Source: Minisyncoccota bacterium (GTDB lineage Bacteria > Patescibacteriota > Minisyncoccia > Phycocordibacterales > JAGLOS01). Taken from it: 39,812 nucleotides of DNA. Under the pieces are notes generated by a model, which saw nothing but the letters and a program-made list of their open reading frames with translations, was not told the origin of the DNA and made no database searches. The stretch spans positions 1 to 39,812 of the forward strand of contig JAGLOS010000003.1 in assembly GCA_023137615.1 (NCBI GenBank). Direction: 5' to 3'. Made by a program: the position numbers and the translations under genes. Every line of letters begins with the position of its first letter. Within the stretch, counting starts at the first letter, position 1. Of the stretch, positions 27,237 to 36,724 are shown piece after piece.

Positions 27237-28526
27237 TCACCTGCTCTGCCACTCTTTTTCCTGTCGCACCAATACTTGTTTTTTGTTCTCCGGATGTGCC
27301 ATTATCTCTTCCACGGCGTACTCCATGCGCATACCTTGTGATCCTTTTATAAATATAACATCTTCTTCTTTAATAATTCTTTCAGCATGTTTCCCCGCTT
27401 CTTTAGAATCGGCAAATTCCACGATATTCTTTTCTGACATGCCGCCGATCAACGCACCGTCCACCACAGATTGCGCACGCGGTCCAACTACGAACAAAAG
27501 GTCACACATTTTACCAACCATTACACCCACCTCTTTATGTGCCTCTATGGTAAATTTTCCAAGTTCGAGCATATCCCCCAAAATAGCGATCTTTTTACCT
27601 TTTATATTAAGTTCCCCGACAGTTTCAAGCCCCGCCAAGACAGCGACAGGAGAGGCGTTATATGTATCATCTATGATGATACATCCTTTCAAGCCCTCAA
27701 CAAGACGCAATCGCCCGGGTGGTGGCGTATAGCTTGAAAGCGACTCAAGAATGTCCTTTGTGTCCAACTTGAAATATCTCCCAACAGCGAGCGCGCACAG
27801 GGCAACATAGACATGATGTCTTCCAAAAACATTTTTCATGTGTATTGTTATTTTCTTTCTCCCATCTTTGAGTTCAAAAGAAAGACCTATCGGAACACCA
27901 TCATTGTATGAGATCTGCACGTTATCCGCTCGAATATCTGTATTTTTTTCAAATCCGTATGTAATATATTCATGATCGGTAGTGTCTTTTAGAACACGCA
28001 CTTTTTCGTCATCCCCGTTGAGAATGAGAAGTCCGTCTTTTTTTAGTGAATTTATAAGAAATGCCTTTTCCCGAACAAGATGTTCAACGGAATCAAAAAA
28101 TTCAACATGTGTCGGCACATCCCCAAATCGTGTGATGACCACAATATCAGCCACAAGCCATTTTGAAACATTTTCAACATCTCCCGGTCTTTCGGCACCA
28201 ACCTCAAGGATCAACAATTCCGGATAATGATGTCTGAATATCAAAAGAGAAACACCTTTTATAATATTCTTTAACCATAAAAAAGGGTTATTCCATCCTG
28301 TCGGACAATTCAAAATGGTCAGAAGCACATTGAATTCACCACTAAAACTCTTTTTGCTCTTCCGTACAAAAAAAGATTTGTTCAAAACAGTATAAAGAGC
28401 GTCTTCGGTAGATGTTTTTCCCACGCTTCCTGTGATCGCGATAACGCGCGGGTGATATTTTTTCAAAACAAGTTTTGCCTCGTATATAAGTATCGCAACG
28501 ACGATCTTCTTGAACATGACTTTCAT
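27237..28526 (-). CDS. murF: Mur ligase, MurF-like (no N-terminal domain)
   Basis: IAITGSVGKTST, LEVGA, LNGDD, PGRL, DDTYNASP, LGDMLELG, KGSQGMRME; start placed at ATG 28526. Confidence 0.85.
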   Translation of the reverse strand: MKVMFKKIVVAILIYEAKLVLKKYHPRVIAITGSVGKTSTEDALYTVLNKSFFVRKSKKSFSGEFNVLLTILNCPTGWNNPFLWLKNIIKGVSLLIFRHHYPELLILEVGAERPGDVENVSKWLVADIVVITRFGDVPTHVEFFDSVEHLVREKAFLINSLKKDGLLILNGDDEKVRVLKDTTDHEYITYGFEKNTDIRADNVQISYNDGVPIGLSFELKDGRKKITIHMKNVFGRHHVYVALCALAVGRYFKLDTKDILESLSSYTPPPGRLRLVEGLKGCIIIDDTYNASPVAVLAGLETVGELNIKGKKIAILGDMLELGKFTIEAHKEVGVMVGKMCDLLFVVGPRAQSVVDGALIGGMSEKNIVEFADSKEAGKHAERIIKEEDVIFIKGSQGMRMEYAVEEIMAHPENKKQVLVRQEKEWQSR

Positions 28527-28571
28527 AAAAAACATTATACCCTGTTTTACGACCCAAGAACACTCTGTTTT

Positions 28572-30284
28572 TTATCTATCCGGCGGTATGTTGTAATAAT
28601 TTATAAGAAACTTTGTCACATCCATAAACGGATGTGTGAGTGTTTGTGAGGCATATCGTACCTCTTTTGGATCAACCGCATACAAAAATACTAAAAATTT
28701 AGGATCATATGCGGGGAAATACCCAAAGAAAGAGTGAAGAAATTTGTCCTCATAATATCCACCCTCCGGATCAGCCATCTGTGCGGTTCCTGTTTTGGCA
28801 GCGATACTGTATCCATCCATCTTGACCGTTCCGTTCAAAAGCGCGGTATCAACAACTTCCACCAACATTCGGGATATTTCATCCGATGTTTCTTCCTTGA
28901 GCACTCGAGAACCTTCCTCGTGTGCTATCTCTTGTGAATACCCGAGAGTATAGTCGATCTCTTTAACCAAATGTGGTGTTATAAGAGTACCTCCGTTTGC
29001 CAAAACAGAAAGAGCTTTTACCATTACAAACGGTGTTATTGCTATACCTTGTCCAAACGAAGCAGTAGCATATTCAATATCGCGAGAACTTTTAAGGTTC
29101 GACACAAGACCCTTTGTGTCGTTTGGCAGATCGACCCCGGAGCGCTCTGCCAGACCGAAATCATACATATACTTTTTGAAATTTTCTTTCCCAACTTTCT
29201 GCATGACATGCACCGCGCCGGTGTTAAGCGATTGATTTAACACTTCCTGCATAGGAACAACACCACGACCTATACCATCGTAATTCTCTATCCGCAAACC
29301 GTCGAGAACAACATAACCATCATCTTTGTATGTTGAATCATAAGTAACAACTCCCGTATCAAGCCCTGTAGCCATAGTAAGTGGTTTCATGATGGAGCCC
29401 ATCTCATATACATTCTCTACCAATGGGTTGGTAAATACCGAGATATCATCTACTTTATTAAAATAATTCGGGTCAAAGCCCGGTCGACTGGCAAGCGCAT
29501 ATATGGAACCGGTGCGCGGATCAATAATAATACCTCCGACACTGTCAGTATTCCACTTCTCTTCAAGACCCAGCAAGCTCTCTTCTAACATACCCTGAAC
29601 AGATAGTTCGATCGTCGTTACAATATCTCCATCACGATTGTTTCTGCTGTTTGATCTAAGAAGCTCGTTTACATTGGAAAATACTTCCGCAAAAAAATTT
29701 ACATAGAGCTTATTCTCGCCACGAGACAGTATATCATCATAATACCTCTCAAGACCATATCGCCCCCCAAGAACATTTCCTTTATACCCGACAAAACCGA
29801 TCGCATGTGCGGAGAGAGTCCCCCCGGGGTAAAAACGCCACTTATCTTCTGCTAAAACAACGCCTTTTATATCAAGCGCCTCTATTTTCTGCGCGGTTTC
29901 TTTGTCGAGACGCTTAACTATTTCTTCATAGGGATCGTCTTTTTTCCCCGCACGCAAAAAGAATATGTCTTTTTCTATGTCAACAATACTCGAAAGCTGC
30001 TTGTAAACATATGAAATATTACTTATCTGAGAAGGGTCAATGGCTAATATATAACCTGAACGAAGTGTCGCGCAAGAAATACGTGTTCCATCCTTTTTTT
30101 CAAAATAGATCGTACCACGGTCAAACACATACGATTGGTCGGTGACATACTGACCGTCTGCTTGCTGCGCATACAGCTCTCCTCGTATGATCTGTACAAT
30201 AAAAAGCCGCCCCAACAAGATAAGCGCGACGACAATAATGCCAAAGTATAAAATTCCTATTCTTGATACGGATCGTATTTTCAT
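28572..30284 (-). CDS. ftsI: class B penicillin-binding protein (FtsI/PBP3-like)
   Basis: TM, RGTIY, RFYP, GRYGLE; SIMK, SLN and KTG motifs; position after mraZ-rsmH-ftsL. Confidence 0.88.
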   Translation of the reverse strand: MKIRSVSRIGILYFGIIVVALILLGRLFIVQIIRGELYAQQADGQYVTDQSYVFDRGTIYFEKKDGTRISCATLRSGYILAIDPSQISNISYVYKQLSSIVDIEKDIFFLRAGKKDDPYEEIVKRLDKETAQKIEALDIKGVVLAEDKWRFYPGGTLSAHAIGFVGYKGNVLGGRYGLERYYDDILSRGENKLYVNFFAEVFSNVNELLRSNSRNNRDGDIVTTIELSVQGMLEESLLGLEEKWNTDSVGGIIIDPRTGSIYALASRPGFDPNYFNKVDDISVFTNPLVENVYEMGSIMKPLTMATGLDTGVVTYDSTYKDDGYVVLDGLRIENYDGIGRGVVPMQEVLNQSLNTGAVHVMQKVGKENFKKYMYDFGLAERSGVDLPNDTKGLVSNLKSSRDIEYATASFGQGIAITPFVMVKALSVLANGGTLITPHLVKEIDYTLGYSQEIAHEEGSRVLKEETSDEISRMLVEVVDTALLNGTVKMDGYSIAAKTGTAQMADPEGGYYEDKFLHSFFGYFPAYDPKFLVFLYAVDPKEVRYASQTLTHPFMDVTKFLINYYNIPPDR

Positions 30285-30598
30285 CACTCACCCAATTTTG
30301 CAAAACCAGTACGAGTTCCACCATGTGCAAAAATAACATGATCCGGTTCGACAAAACCAAGTGAACCGGCAACTATCGGTGTGACCTCAGTGCTTAATTT
30401 CATATATACGGATTCAAGTTCACTGATATGAATAGTTGTTTCTGCGATCTTTTGTTCAACTGTTTTTCTCTCAACAATATGTAAAATAGTAGCATTCAAA
30501 AAGTATGTATACAACAAGAGCATTAAAAGCATTGCTGATAATATGCTCCAGAAAGATATGGTTCTTTTATTAAATTGTAATGTTTTTGCTTGAGTCAT
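30284..30598 (-). CDS. ftsL: FtsL-like cell division protein
   Basis: Single TM, coiled coil, LGFVEP; lies between rsmH and ftsI. Confidence 0.6.
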   Translation of the reverse strand: MTQAKTLQFNKRTISFWSILSAMLLMLLLYTYFLNATILHIVERKTVEQKIAETTIHISELESVYMKLSTEVTPIVAGSLGFVEPDHVIFAHGGTRTGFAKLGE

Positions 30599-31515
30599 TA
30601 TGCTATTTCTATTTGATCATGTGCCTTTTGTACTATGCGTAATTTGGCGCTGCGTGCCTTTGGATTATTTGAAAGTTCTTCTTCAGAAGGTACTATGGGT
30701 TTTTTGTTCACTATCTCGACGATCTGCTGTTGGGCAAGGTCCCTGAATGTTTTTTTGACGATCCTGTCCTCTCCGCTATGAAATGTAATAATTGCCAATC
30801 GTCCATCTTTTTTCAATAGTGCAACAGCTTTTTCAATTCCTGTTTTGAGCGCCCCGAGTTCATCATTTACCGTTATACGAAGTGCTTGAAATGTTTTTGT
30901 CGCCGGGTTTCTGCTTTTTTTCTTATACCAAAAGGGAATACTTCTATTTACTATCTCAACCAACTGAAATGTACGTCTTATGGGAGATTCTTTCCTTGCC
31001 TCCACTACATTTTTTGCGATACGTCGTGAAAATCTTTCTCCACCATACCCGTATATAATGTCAGCAATATTTTCTTCATCCCACGTATTGAGGATTTCAT
31101 AAGCCGTCAATTCATCTTCCTTTGGATGCGGATTGAAAGTCATAAGAAGAGGTTCGTCTTTGGCAAATGAGAAGCCCCTTCCACTATCTGTCAATTGACG
31201 ATTCGAAAGTCCAATATCAAGCAAAATGGCATGAACCGACACAATACCCGTCTCCTGTAATAAGATATCCATATCACGATAATTACCTCTAAGAAGTGCG
31301 AGTTTGGATTCTATCTTTTCCAGATTCTTCTGTGCAAGACAGAGCGCATCGCTATCCTGATCAATACCGATGATATAACCTTCTTTTCCTATAAGCTTTG
31401 CGATCTCAATGCTATGTCCACCAACATTTATGGTGCCGTCTATAACAACGTCTCCTTTTTTCAAATTAAGACCGGAGATCGTCTCTTTTAAAAGAACCGG
31501 GATATGATCTGTCAT
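30598..31515 (-). CDS. rsmH: 16S rRNA m4C1402 methyltransferase
   Basis: HIPVLL, RGFSF, TFQALRITVNDEL, ITFHSGEDRIVK, NPKARSAKLR. Confidence 0.97.
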   Translation of the reverse strand: MTDHIPVLLKETISGLNLKKGDVVIDGTINVGGHSIEIAKLIGKEGYIIGIDQDSDALCLAQKNLEKIESKLALLRGNYRDMDILLQETGIVSVHAILLDIGLSNRQLTDSGRGFSFAKDEPLLMTFNPHPKEDELTAYEILNTWDEENIADIIYGYGGERFSRRIAKNVVEARKESPIRRTFQLVEIVNRSIPFWYKKKSRNPATKTFQALRITVNDELGALKTGIEKAVALLKKDGRLAIITFHSGEDRIVKKTFRDLAQQQIVEIVNKKPIVPSEEELSNNPKARSAKLRIVQKAHDQIEIA

Positions 31516-31525
31516 GTGTGAACCA

Positions 31526-31566
31526 ATAACTGATAACTGATAACTGATAACTGATAACTGATAACT
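31526..31566. repeat. heptamer tandem repeat (ATAACTG)5 plus a partial in the mraZ-rsmH spacer
   Basis: Read directly from the sequence. Confidence 0.92.
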
Positions 31567-32000
31567 TACAACACACCAATTTCACCTAACTTTTCCGCCA
31601 ATACATCGGCCTGTTTTTCAATACGCTTTTTGTACTCACCCCATGCCTTATCGTTCCAGATCTCGATACGATCATGAACACCGATCACTGCAACTTTTCC
31701 CTTGAGATGTGCAAATCCTTTTAAGTATTCGGGAATCAAAATTCGACCTATTGAATCAACCTCTGTTTCCACCGCTCCTGCAAGCATAAAACGGTTGAAT
31801 CCTCGAGAGTCAGCTTGACCAAGTGGAAGCTCGGTCAGCTTCTCGGCGACCTTTTCCCATTCTTTGAGTGTGTACACAAACAGACAACTATCCAGTCCAT
31901 GCGTAACAACGACTTTTTTGCCAATTTCCTTTCGGAATTTTGACGGTAATGAAAGCCGTTTTTTCGCATCTAATGTATGTGTATACTCGCCAATTAACAT
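31566..32000 (-). CDS. mraZ: transcriptional regulator MraZ
   Basis: MLIGEYTHTLDAKKRLSLPSKFR, DSIGRILIP, RIEIW. Confidence 0.97.
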   Translation of the reverse strand: MLIGEYTHTLDAKKRLSLPSKFRKEIGKKVVVTHGLDSCLFVYTLKEWEKVAEKLTELPLGQADSRGFNRFMLAGAVETEVDSIGRILIPEYLKGFAHLKGKVAVIGVHDRIEIWNDKAWGEYKKRIEKQADVLAEKLGEIGVL

Positions 32001-32150
32001 ATGTTTTGATTATGTTATAGGGAACATTTGCGAGCCCATTTTAAAATAATAGTGTAGCGATGATAGTATGCATAAAGCATTTACATTTTTACACGATTGT
32101 TTTGAGATGGGCCCCTTAACTTTTAGTACCAATAAGCAAAAAGAGAGGTC

Positions 32151-32204
32151 TCCCACTTCTTCCCACCTGTCTACCACTATATACCACCCCTCACCACTTT
32201 GCAA
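32151..32204 (-). promoter_or_regulatory. mraZ/dcw promoter with five MraZ-box-like GTGG repeats
   Basis: TTGCAA-17 nt-TATAGT; GTGG (plus-strand CCAC) at 32153, 32163, 32174, 32184, 32194. Confidence 0.8.
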
Positions 32205-32210
32205 CCCCCG

Positions 32211-32253
32211 CTATCCACAACAGCCCACTTGAAAAGTGGGCTGTTGTGGATAG
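32211..32253. promoter_or_regulatory. 20-bp inverted repeat with DnaA-box-like ends
   Basis: CTATCCACAACAGCCCACTT-GAA-AAGTGGGCTGTTGTGGATAG; CTATCCACA is 8/9 to TTATCCACA. Confidence 0.55.
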
Positions 32254-32260
32254 CCAGTTG

Positions 32261-32317
32261 ATAGTAAAAAGCAACAAAAAAATGCGCTTTGCGCATTTTT
32301 TTGTTGCTTTTTACTAT
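32261..32317. terminator. 27-bp perfect inverted repeat, terminator downstream of greA
   Basis: ATAGTAAAAAGCAACAAAAAAATGCGC-TTT-GCGCATTTTTTTGTTGCTTTTTACTAT. Confidence 0.75.
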
Positions 32318-32334
32318 TTGCTTTTTACTTCTTT

Positions 32335-32799
32335 TTATTTAATACTCACGATCGTATACAGTATATCCCCCTTTGGCGTATTACATACCACGTCATCATT
32401 TTTTGTTTTGCCTAAAAATGCTATTCCAAGAGGAGACTTGTTTGAGATCTTTCCGGACGCCATATCAACCTCTTCCGAACCCACAATGGAAAAAGTTTGT
32501 TTTTCTTTTGATCCTTTTTTCTTAACGACCACAGTCGAACCAACTTCCACGGTATCACCGCTTTTGTACGACACGATCTCTGCCGTTTTAAGAATTGCCT
32601 CAAGGTTCATAATACGGTCCTCGACTTTTGCCTGATCATCACGGGCTTCCTGATATTCAGCGTTTTCTGACAGGTCACCAAGAGACTTTGCAAATTCAAG
32701 TTTCTCAGCAACTTCTTTTCGTTTTTCTGTTCGAAGACTTTCAAGCTCCCCCGAAAGTTCTTTATATTTCTCTTTACTTAAATATTGTTTTTCATCCAT
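32335..32799 (-). CDS. greA: transcription elongation factor GreA
   Basis: GDLSENAEYQEA, GKISNKSPLG; start placed at ATG 32799. Confidence 0.96.
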   Translation of the reverse strand: MDEKQYLSKEKYKELSGELESLRTEKRKEVAEKLEFAKSLGDLSENAEYQEARDDQAKVEDRIMNLEAILKTAEIVSYKSGDTVEVGSTVVVKKKGSKEKQTFSIVGSEEVDMASGKISNKSPLGIAFLGKTKNDDVVCNTPKGDILYTIVSIK

Positions 32800-32915
32800 A
32801 GTCCGCACATTATACATGCTTTCATATGTCGCCACAACTTGATTTTTTCTGTTTTTATTGTCTTTTTATATGACAAAACTTTTCAGAATATAAGCTTATT
32901 TTAACAGTCCAAAAA

Positions 32916-34631
32916 CTAGTCAAAATACTCCGGAGTATATATATTCATCCAATCAAATACCTGTCTCATGATATAGAGTCCACCAATGGTATTTTCCCTC
33001 GGACCTTCCTCCATCATAACAGTAAAGGCATATTGCGGATCATCATAAGGAAAATATCCTATAGCCCATGAATTTACTCTACTCTTTGAGATCCCAACCT
33101 CTGCCGTACCGGTCTTTGCCGCAACTTTTATATACGGAAGATACAAGCCTTTTGCTGTCCCATCAGTAACCGCCTGCCGCAGACCTTCCTTGACCGTTGT
33201 GTAATGAACATCACTTATCACTGTTATTTCTTCTGTGGGAATGTCCTGTTTTACGACATGTGGAACAACCAACGCTCCGTTTGATGCGATCGCGGCAATT
33301 GCACGCACCATTTGTATGGGTGTAACCTGAAAACCGTATTGTCCGATGGCAGTATTATAGGTATCACCGATACGCCACTCTTCACCATCGAAATTTATTT
33401 CTTTCCATGCGGGGTTTGGGATAACTCCGTCAACTTCTCCCGGTATATCAACACCGGTTATTTCCCCGATACCGAACATACGAGCATACCGTTCGATATT
33501 TGCAATTCCGATGCCTTCTTGATCGTCCGGTTCAAAACCACCGCCAACCTCATAAAAATAGATATTTGAAGAAACCGCGAGTGCGTCACGTATATCGACA
33601 TATCCATGTGCTCTCCAGTCGGTAAAAATCGTATTAAATTCCGGATTCCATGGATTTGGTATGACCAACTTTCCCGTACTTAATATTTTTTTGTCGGGAG
33701 ATATAACTCCTTCGTTCAATGCACCAAGCGCAACAAAAGGTTTTACGATCGAACCGGGGGTATAACGCCCTGATATGGCACGATTAAGATACGGTTTTCC
33801 TTCATTAAGACTATATCCTGCAATTGTTTCTGCGTCTTCTCCCGCCGATATGACAGACGAGTTATATTCGGGATAATTTGTAAGTGCCAATATTTCTCCG
33901 GAATGAATATTCATAATAATACCCGTACCGCCTTTAAAACCTTTTTCATATGAAAGGTCTTTAATAAATTTATACATTTGTGTCTGCACACGAGTATCTA
34001 TGGTCAAAGTAAGATCCTCTCCATCCTCAGGGGGGTTAATGATATTTTCCGATTCAACTTCAAGTAATGCATTTCTTTCAACCAGTTTGACACCGTTTAC
34101 ACCATTAAGTTCCACATTATATTGTTTCTCAATTCCGGCAACACCACTATACTCTGTTTTGTAATAAACACCGCTTGAATCCGCTTGCGGATATTTTACA
34201 TATCCCAACACGTGAGAAAGTCCTGACGTTGCGATATAAGCTCGAGTGGTAAAATCCTCACTTATCCCCGGAATATTCCAAGCCAACACCTCATCATTGC
34301 AATCAAAAATAACCCCTCTTTCCGGGAACAAAAAAGTATGAGCAAGCCGATTGTTTTCACTTATCTCAACATATTCCTGTCCCTTAACTATCTGCAACAA
34401 ACCAATTCTGCATAAAAAAATGATCGTAACAAGAACAAAAAACATCCCGAGAAACATAATGGTTGTCTTGGATAACGAACGAACGATCCTTCCTTCAAAC
34501 TGATACACATCAAACTGCGGTAAATTACTTGAATCGAGAAAGATCTCATCGGGATCTATGTCTTCATACGACCGAGAACGCGGACCATTGATCTTGAGCA
34601 AACTGTTCAAAAAATTTTTACCCATATCCAT
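32916..34631 (-). CDS. mrdA: penicillin-binding protein 2 (MrdA-like)
   Basis: TM, SENNR, RGVIFD, NRAISGRYTPGSIVK, SSNIYFY, AIGQYG, KTGTAE; downstream of mreBC. Confidence 0.9.
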   Translation of the reverse strand: MDMGKNFLNSLLKINGPRSRSYEDIDPDEIFLDSSNLPQFDVYQFEGRIVRSLSKTTIMFLGMFFVLVTIIFLCRIGLLQIVKGQEYVEISENNRLAHTFLFPERGVIFDCNDEVLAWNIPGISEDFTTRAYIATSGLSHVLGYVKYPQADSSGVYYKTEYSGVAGIEKQYNVELNGVNGVKLVERNALLEVESENIINPPEDGEDLTLTIDTRVQTQMYKFIKDLSYEKGFKGGTGIIMNIHSGEILALTNYPEYNSSVISAGEDAETIAGYSLNEGKPYLNRAISGRYTPGSIVKPFVALGALNEGVISPDKKILSTGKLVIPNPWNPEFNTIFTDWRAHGYVDIRDALAVSSNIYFYEVGGGFEPDDQEGIGIANIERYARMFGIGEITGVDIPGEVDGVIPNPAWKEINFDGEEWRIGDTYNTAIGQYGFQVTPIQMVRAIAAIASNGALVVPHVVKQDIPTEEITVISDVHYTTVKEGLRQAVTDGTAKGLYLPYIKVAAKTGTAEVGISKSRVNSWAIGYFPYDDPQYAFTVMMEEGPRENTIGGLYIMRQVFDWMNIYTPEYFD

Positions 34632-34902
34632 AAGAACGAACGCGCCTTTTAAAACGACTTCCTATCAGATACACAAAGAAAGAGATCGTGGAAAAAATAA
34701 TAGGAGCATTGAGTATAGTAAAACTTCCATCAACACCATACAAAAGATCAGTAAGAATACCGGCGGCAATAGCTTCATAATATCGCGGGAAAAACACAAC
34801 GCCCATCACCATAAATACAATGACCAACCGCCAATCAAAAAACAGCACGCTCGTGAAGAGCCCAATGTTGTATGCGATACGAATATATACTTTCTTCTTC
34901 AT
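34618..34902 (-). CDS. short membrane protein in the MreD position
   Basis: Hydrophobic 94-aa ORF with AGILTDLLYG (MreD-like GxxxD) between mreC and pbp2. Confidence 0.6.
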   Translation of the reverse strand: MKKKVYIRIAYNIGLFTSVLFFDWRLVIVFMVMGVVFFPRYYEAIAAGILTDLLYGVDGSFTILNAPIIFSTISFFVYLIGSRFKRRVRSYGYG

Positions 34903-34908
34903 GATGTG

Positions 34909-35694
34909 TTAGGGAACTATTTCTACAAATCGCAATGTAAATGGATTGATGGGAGACTTGAATAATACTCGTTCGAAAGCATCATTTGGATTATCGTCTA
35001 TCTCTTCTATCATACCCAAGACACGCGGAAAGATGTTTGGTAAATATACCGTATCACCGATAGAAACGCCGCTGTTTCTTGGAAGTTTTATTTCAAAATT
35101 TCCCGCCCCATATCCCAGAGCATCCACACGTATCGCCTCTTCTCCAATAATAACTTCGACAATGTTACCGGAAGATGAGTATAATTTTACCTTTGAAGAT
35201 GTATAGAAAGTTTCAAACACCTCTCCGATCGCCACATCTTCCAATAAAACCATGTCCCCTTTGGATACCCCTTGTTTTACACCGACATCAACAATGATCG
35301 TATCGTATAAAGTCTGATCTGCATTTGCCAATACTACTGCAAATATACGAGACTCCTTATCGTCTCTCCCCAACATCTCTTTTAGTTGTCTGTTTTCAAT
35401 ACGGAGGAAATTTCTCTCAGCGACCTTCGCCACCATAGAATCTATTTGAACTTGCAAATCTTTATTTTCGATCCACAGTGATCGACGAGACGAAAAATAA
35501 CTCAAAAACGGGCTCATTGAGTTCTCTATTGAATATCCGATCTTCCAAACAGGTGTCATTACTGTATGCGCCACACCTGAAAAAAATAATGCCGCAGGAC
35601 TAAAAAAAAGTCCGTATATTAAAAACACCCCTACTGTAAAAACAGTAACATTTCTTTTTGTCTTATTTTTTTTATCTCGGTGCGTTATCATCAT
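34909..35694 (-). CDS. mreC: rod shape-determining protein MreC
   Basis: TM, coiled coil ENRQLKEMLG, IIVDVGVKQGVSKG; follows mreB. Confidence 0.9.
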   Translation of the reverse strand: MMITHRDKKNKTKRNVTVFTVGVFLIYGLFFSPAALFFSGVAHTVMTPVWKIGYSIENSMSPFLSYFSSRRSLWIENKDLQVQIDSMVAKVAERNFLRIENRQLKEMLGRDDKESRIFAVVLANADQTLYDTIIVDVGVKQGVSKGDMVLLEDVAIGEVFETFYTSSKVKLYSSSGNIVEVIIGEEAIRVDALGYGAGNFEIKLPRNSGVSIGDTVYLPNIFPRVLGMIEEIDDNPNDAFERVLFKSPINPFTLRFVEIVP

Positions 35695-36724
35695 CGTAAT
35701 CAACAAGTATCTCTCTGTGTTTTTCTATATCTTCCAATATGATCCCCGTCCCACGAGCAACCGCAGAGAGTGGCTCAGAAGCAATATGGACAGGAACCTT
35801 AAGCATGTCTGATATAAGCTTATCGAGCCCCTTGATCATAGTCCCTCCTCCCACAAGCACGATCCCACGCCTCATAACATCAGCAAGTATTTCCGGAGGA
35901 GTAGTCTCAAGTACTTCTTTTACAGCATCAATAAGTATAGCGATCGAAGGACCGATCGCTTCTCGTATATCTGCTTCAGTAATGATCACCTCTCGTGGAA
36001 GCCCCGTTACAAGGTCGCGTCCACGAACCGGTGCCTCCAACGGTTCATCCCCTTCCGCGATCGAACCAACAGCTATTTTAATATCCTCCGCAGTCCTCTC
36101 TCCGATCAATATTTTAAATTCATCACGAATATATGACGCAATATCACTATTGAGTCTATCTCCGGCAATCGTAAGATTTTTTGAGTTTATAATCCCTCCA
36201 AGCGAGATCACTGCGATATCCGTGGTACCCCCTCCCATATCTATGATCATGCTTCCAATGGGTTCGTGCACAGGAAGCCCGATCCCGATCGCAGCCGCCA
36301 TCGGCTCTTCAACAATAAAGATCTCGCGCGCGCCGGCATTTGTCGTAGCATCAACAACAGCACGTGTCTCAACATTTGTGATCCCGGACGGCACACCTAC
36401 AACAACCCGAGGACGTCCAAACTTCTTCGATATTTGTTGCGCTTTTTTTATAAGATACATAAGCATCTCTTCGGTTACTTCAAAATTAGATACCACTCCA
36501 TCAACAAGCGGACGTATTGCTTCGACATGTCCGGGTGTTCGACCGATCATCTCTTTGGCATCCGTACCAACAGCCACGACTCGACCGGTTTTTTTATTGA
36601 GAGCAACAACAGACGGCTCGTTAATAATGATTCCGTGTTCACTCAAATATACAAGCGTGTTAGCTGTCCCTAAATCAATTCCGATATCGCCGGAAAATAA
36701 ACTGTGGAATTTTTTTAATATCAT
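35672..36724 (-). CDS. mreB: rod shape-determining protein MreB
   Basis: IGIDLGTANTLV, EPSVVA, EEPMAAAIG, DMGGGTTD, GERTAEDIK. Confidence 0.98.
   Translation of the reverse strand: MILKKFHSLFSGDIGIDLGTANTLVYLSEHGIIINEPSVVALNKKTGRVVAVGTDAKEMIGRTPGHVEAIRPLVDGVVSNFEVTEEMLMYLIKKAQQISKKFGRPRVVVGVPSGITNVETRAVVDATTNAGAREIFIVEEPMAAAIGIGLPVHEPIGSMIIDMGGGTTDIAVISLGGIINSKNLTIAGDRLNSDIASYIRDEFKILIGERTAEDIKIAVGSIAEGDEPLEAPVRGRDLVTGLPREVIITEADIREAIGPSIAILIDAVKEVLETTPPEILADVMRRGIVLVGGGTMIKGLDKLISDMLKVPVHIASEPLSAVARGTGIILEDIEKHREILVDYDDDNAPR

Noticed and set aside
32211-32253. oriC
   Set aside because: Only two imperfect DnaA boxes, and no dnaA/dnaN nearby.
32246-32635. 129-aa ORF
   Set aside because: Antisense to greA and runs through its terminator hairpin.
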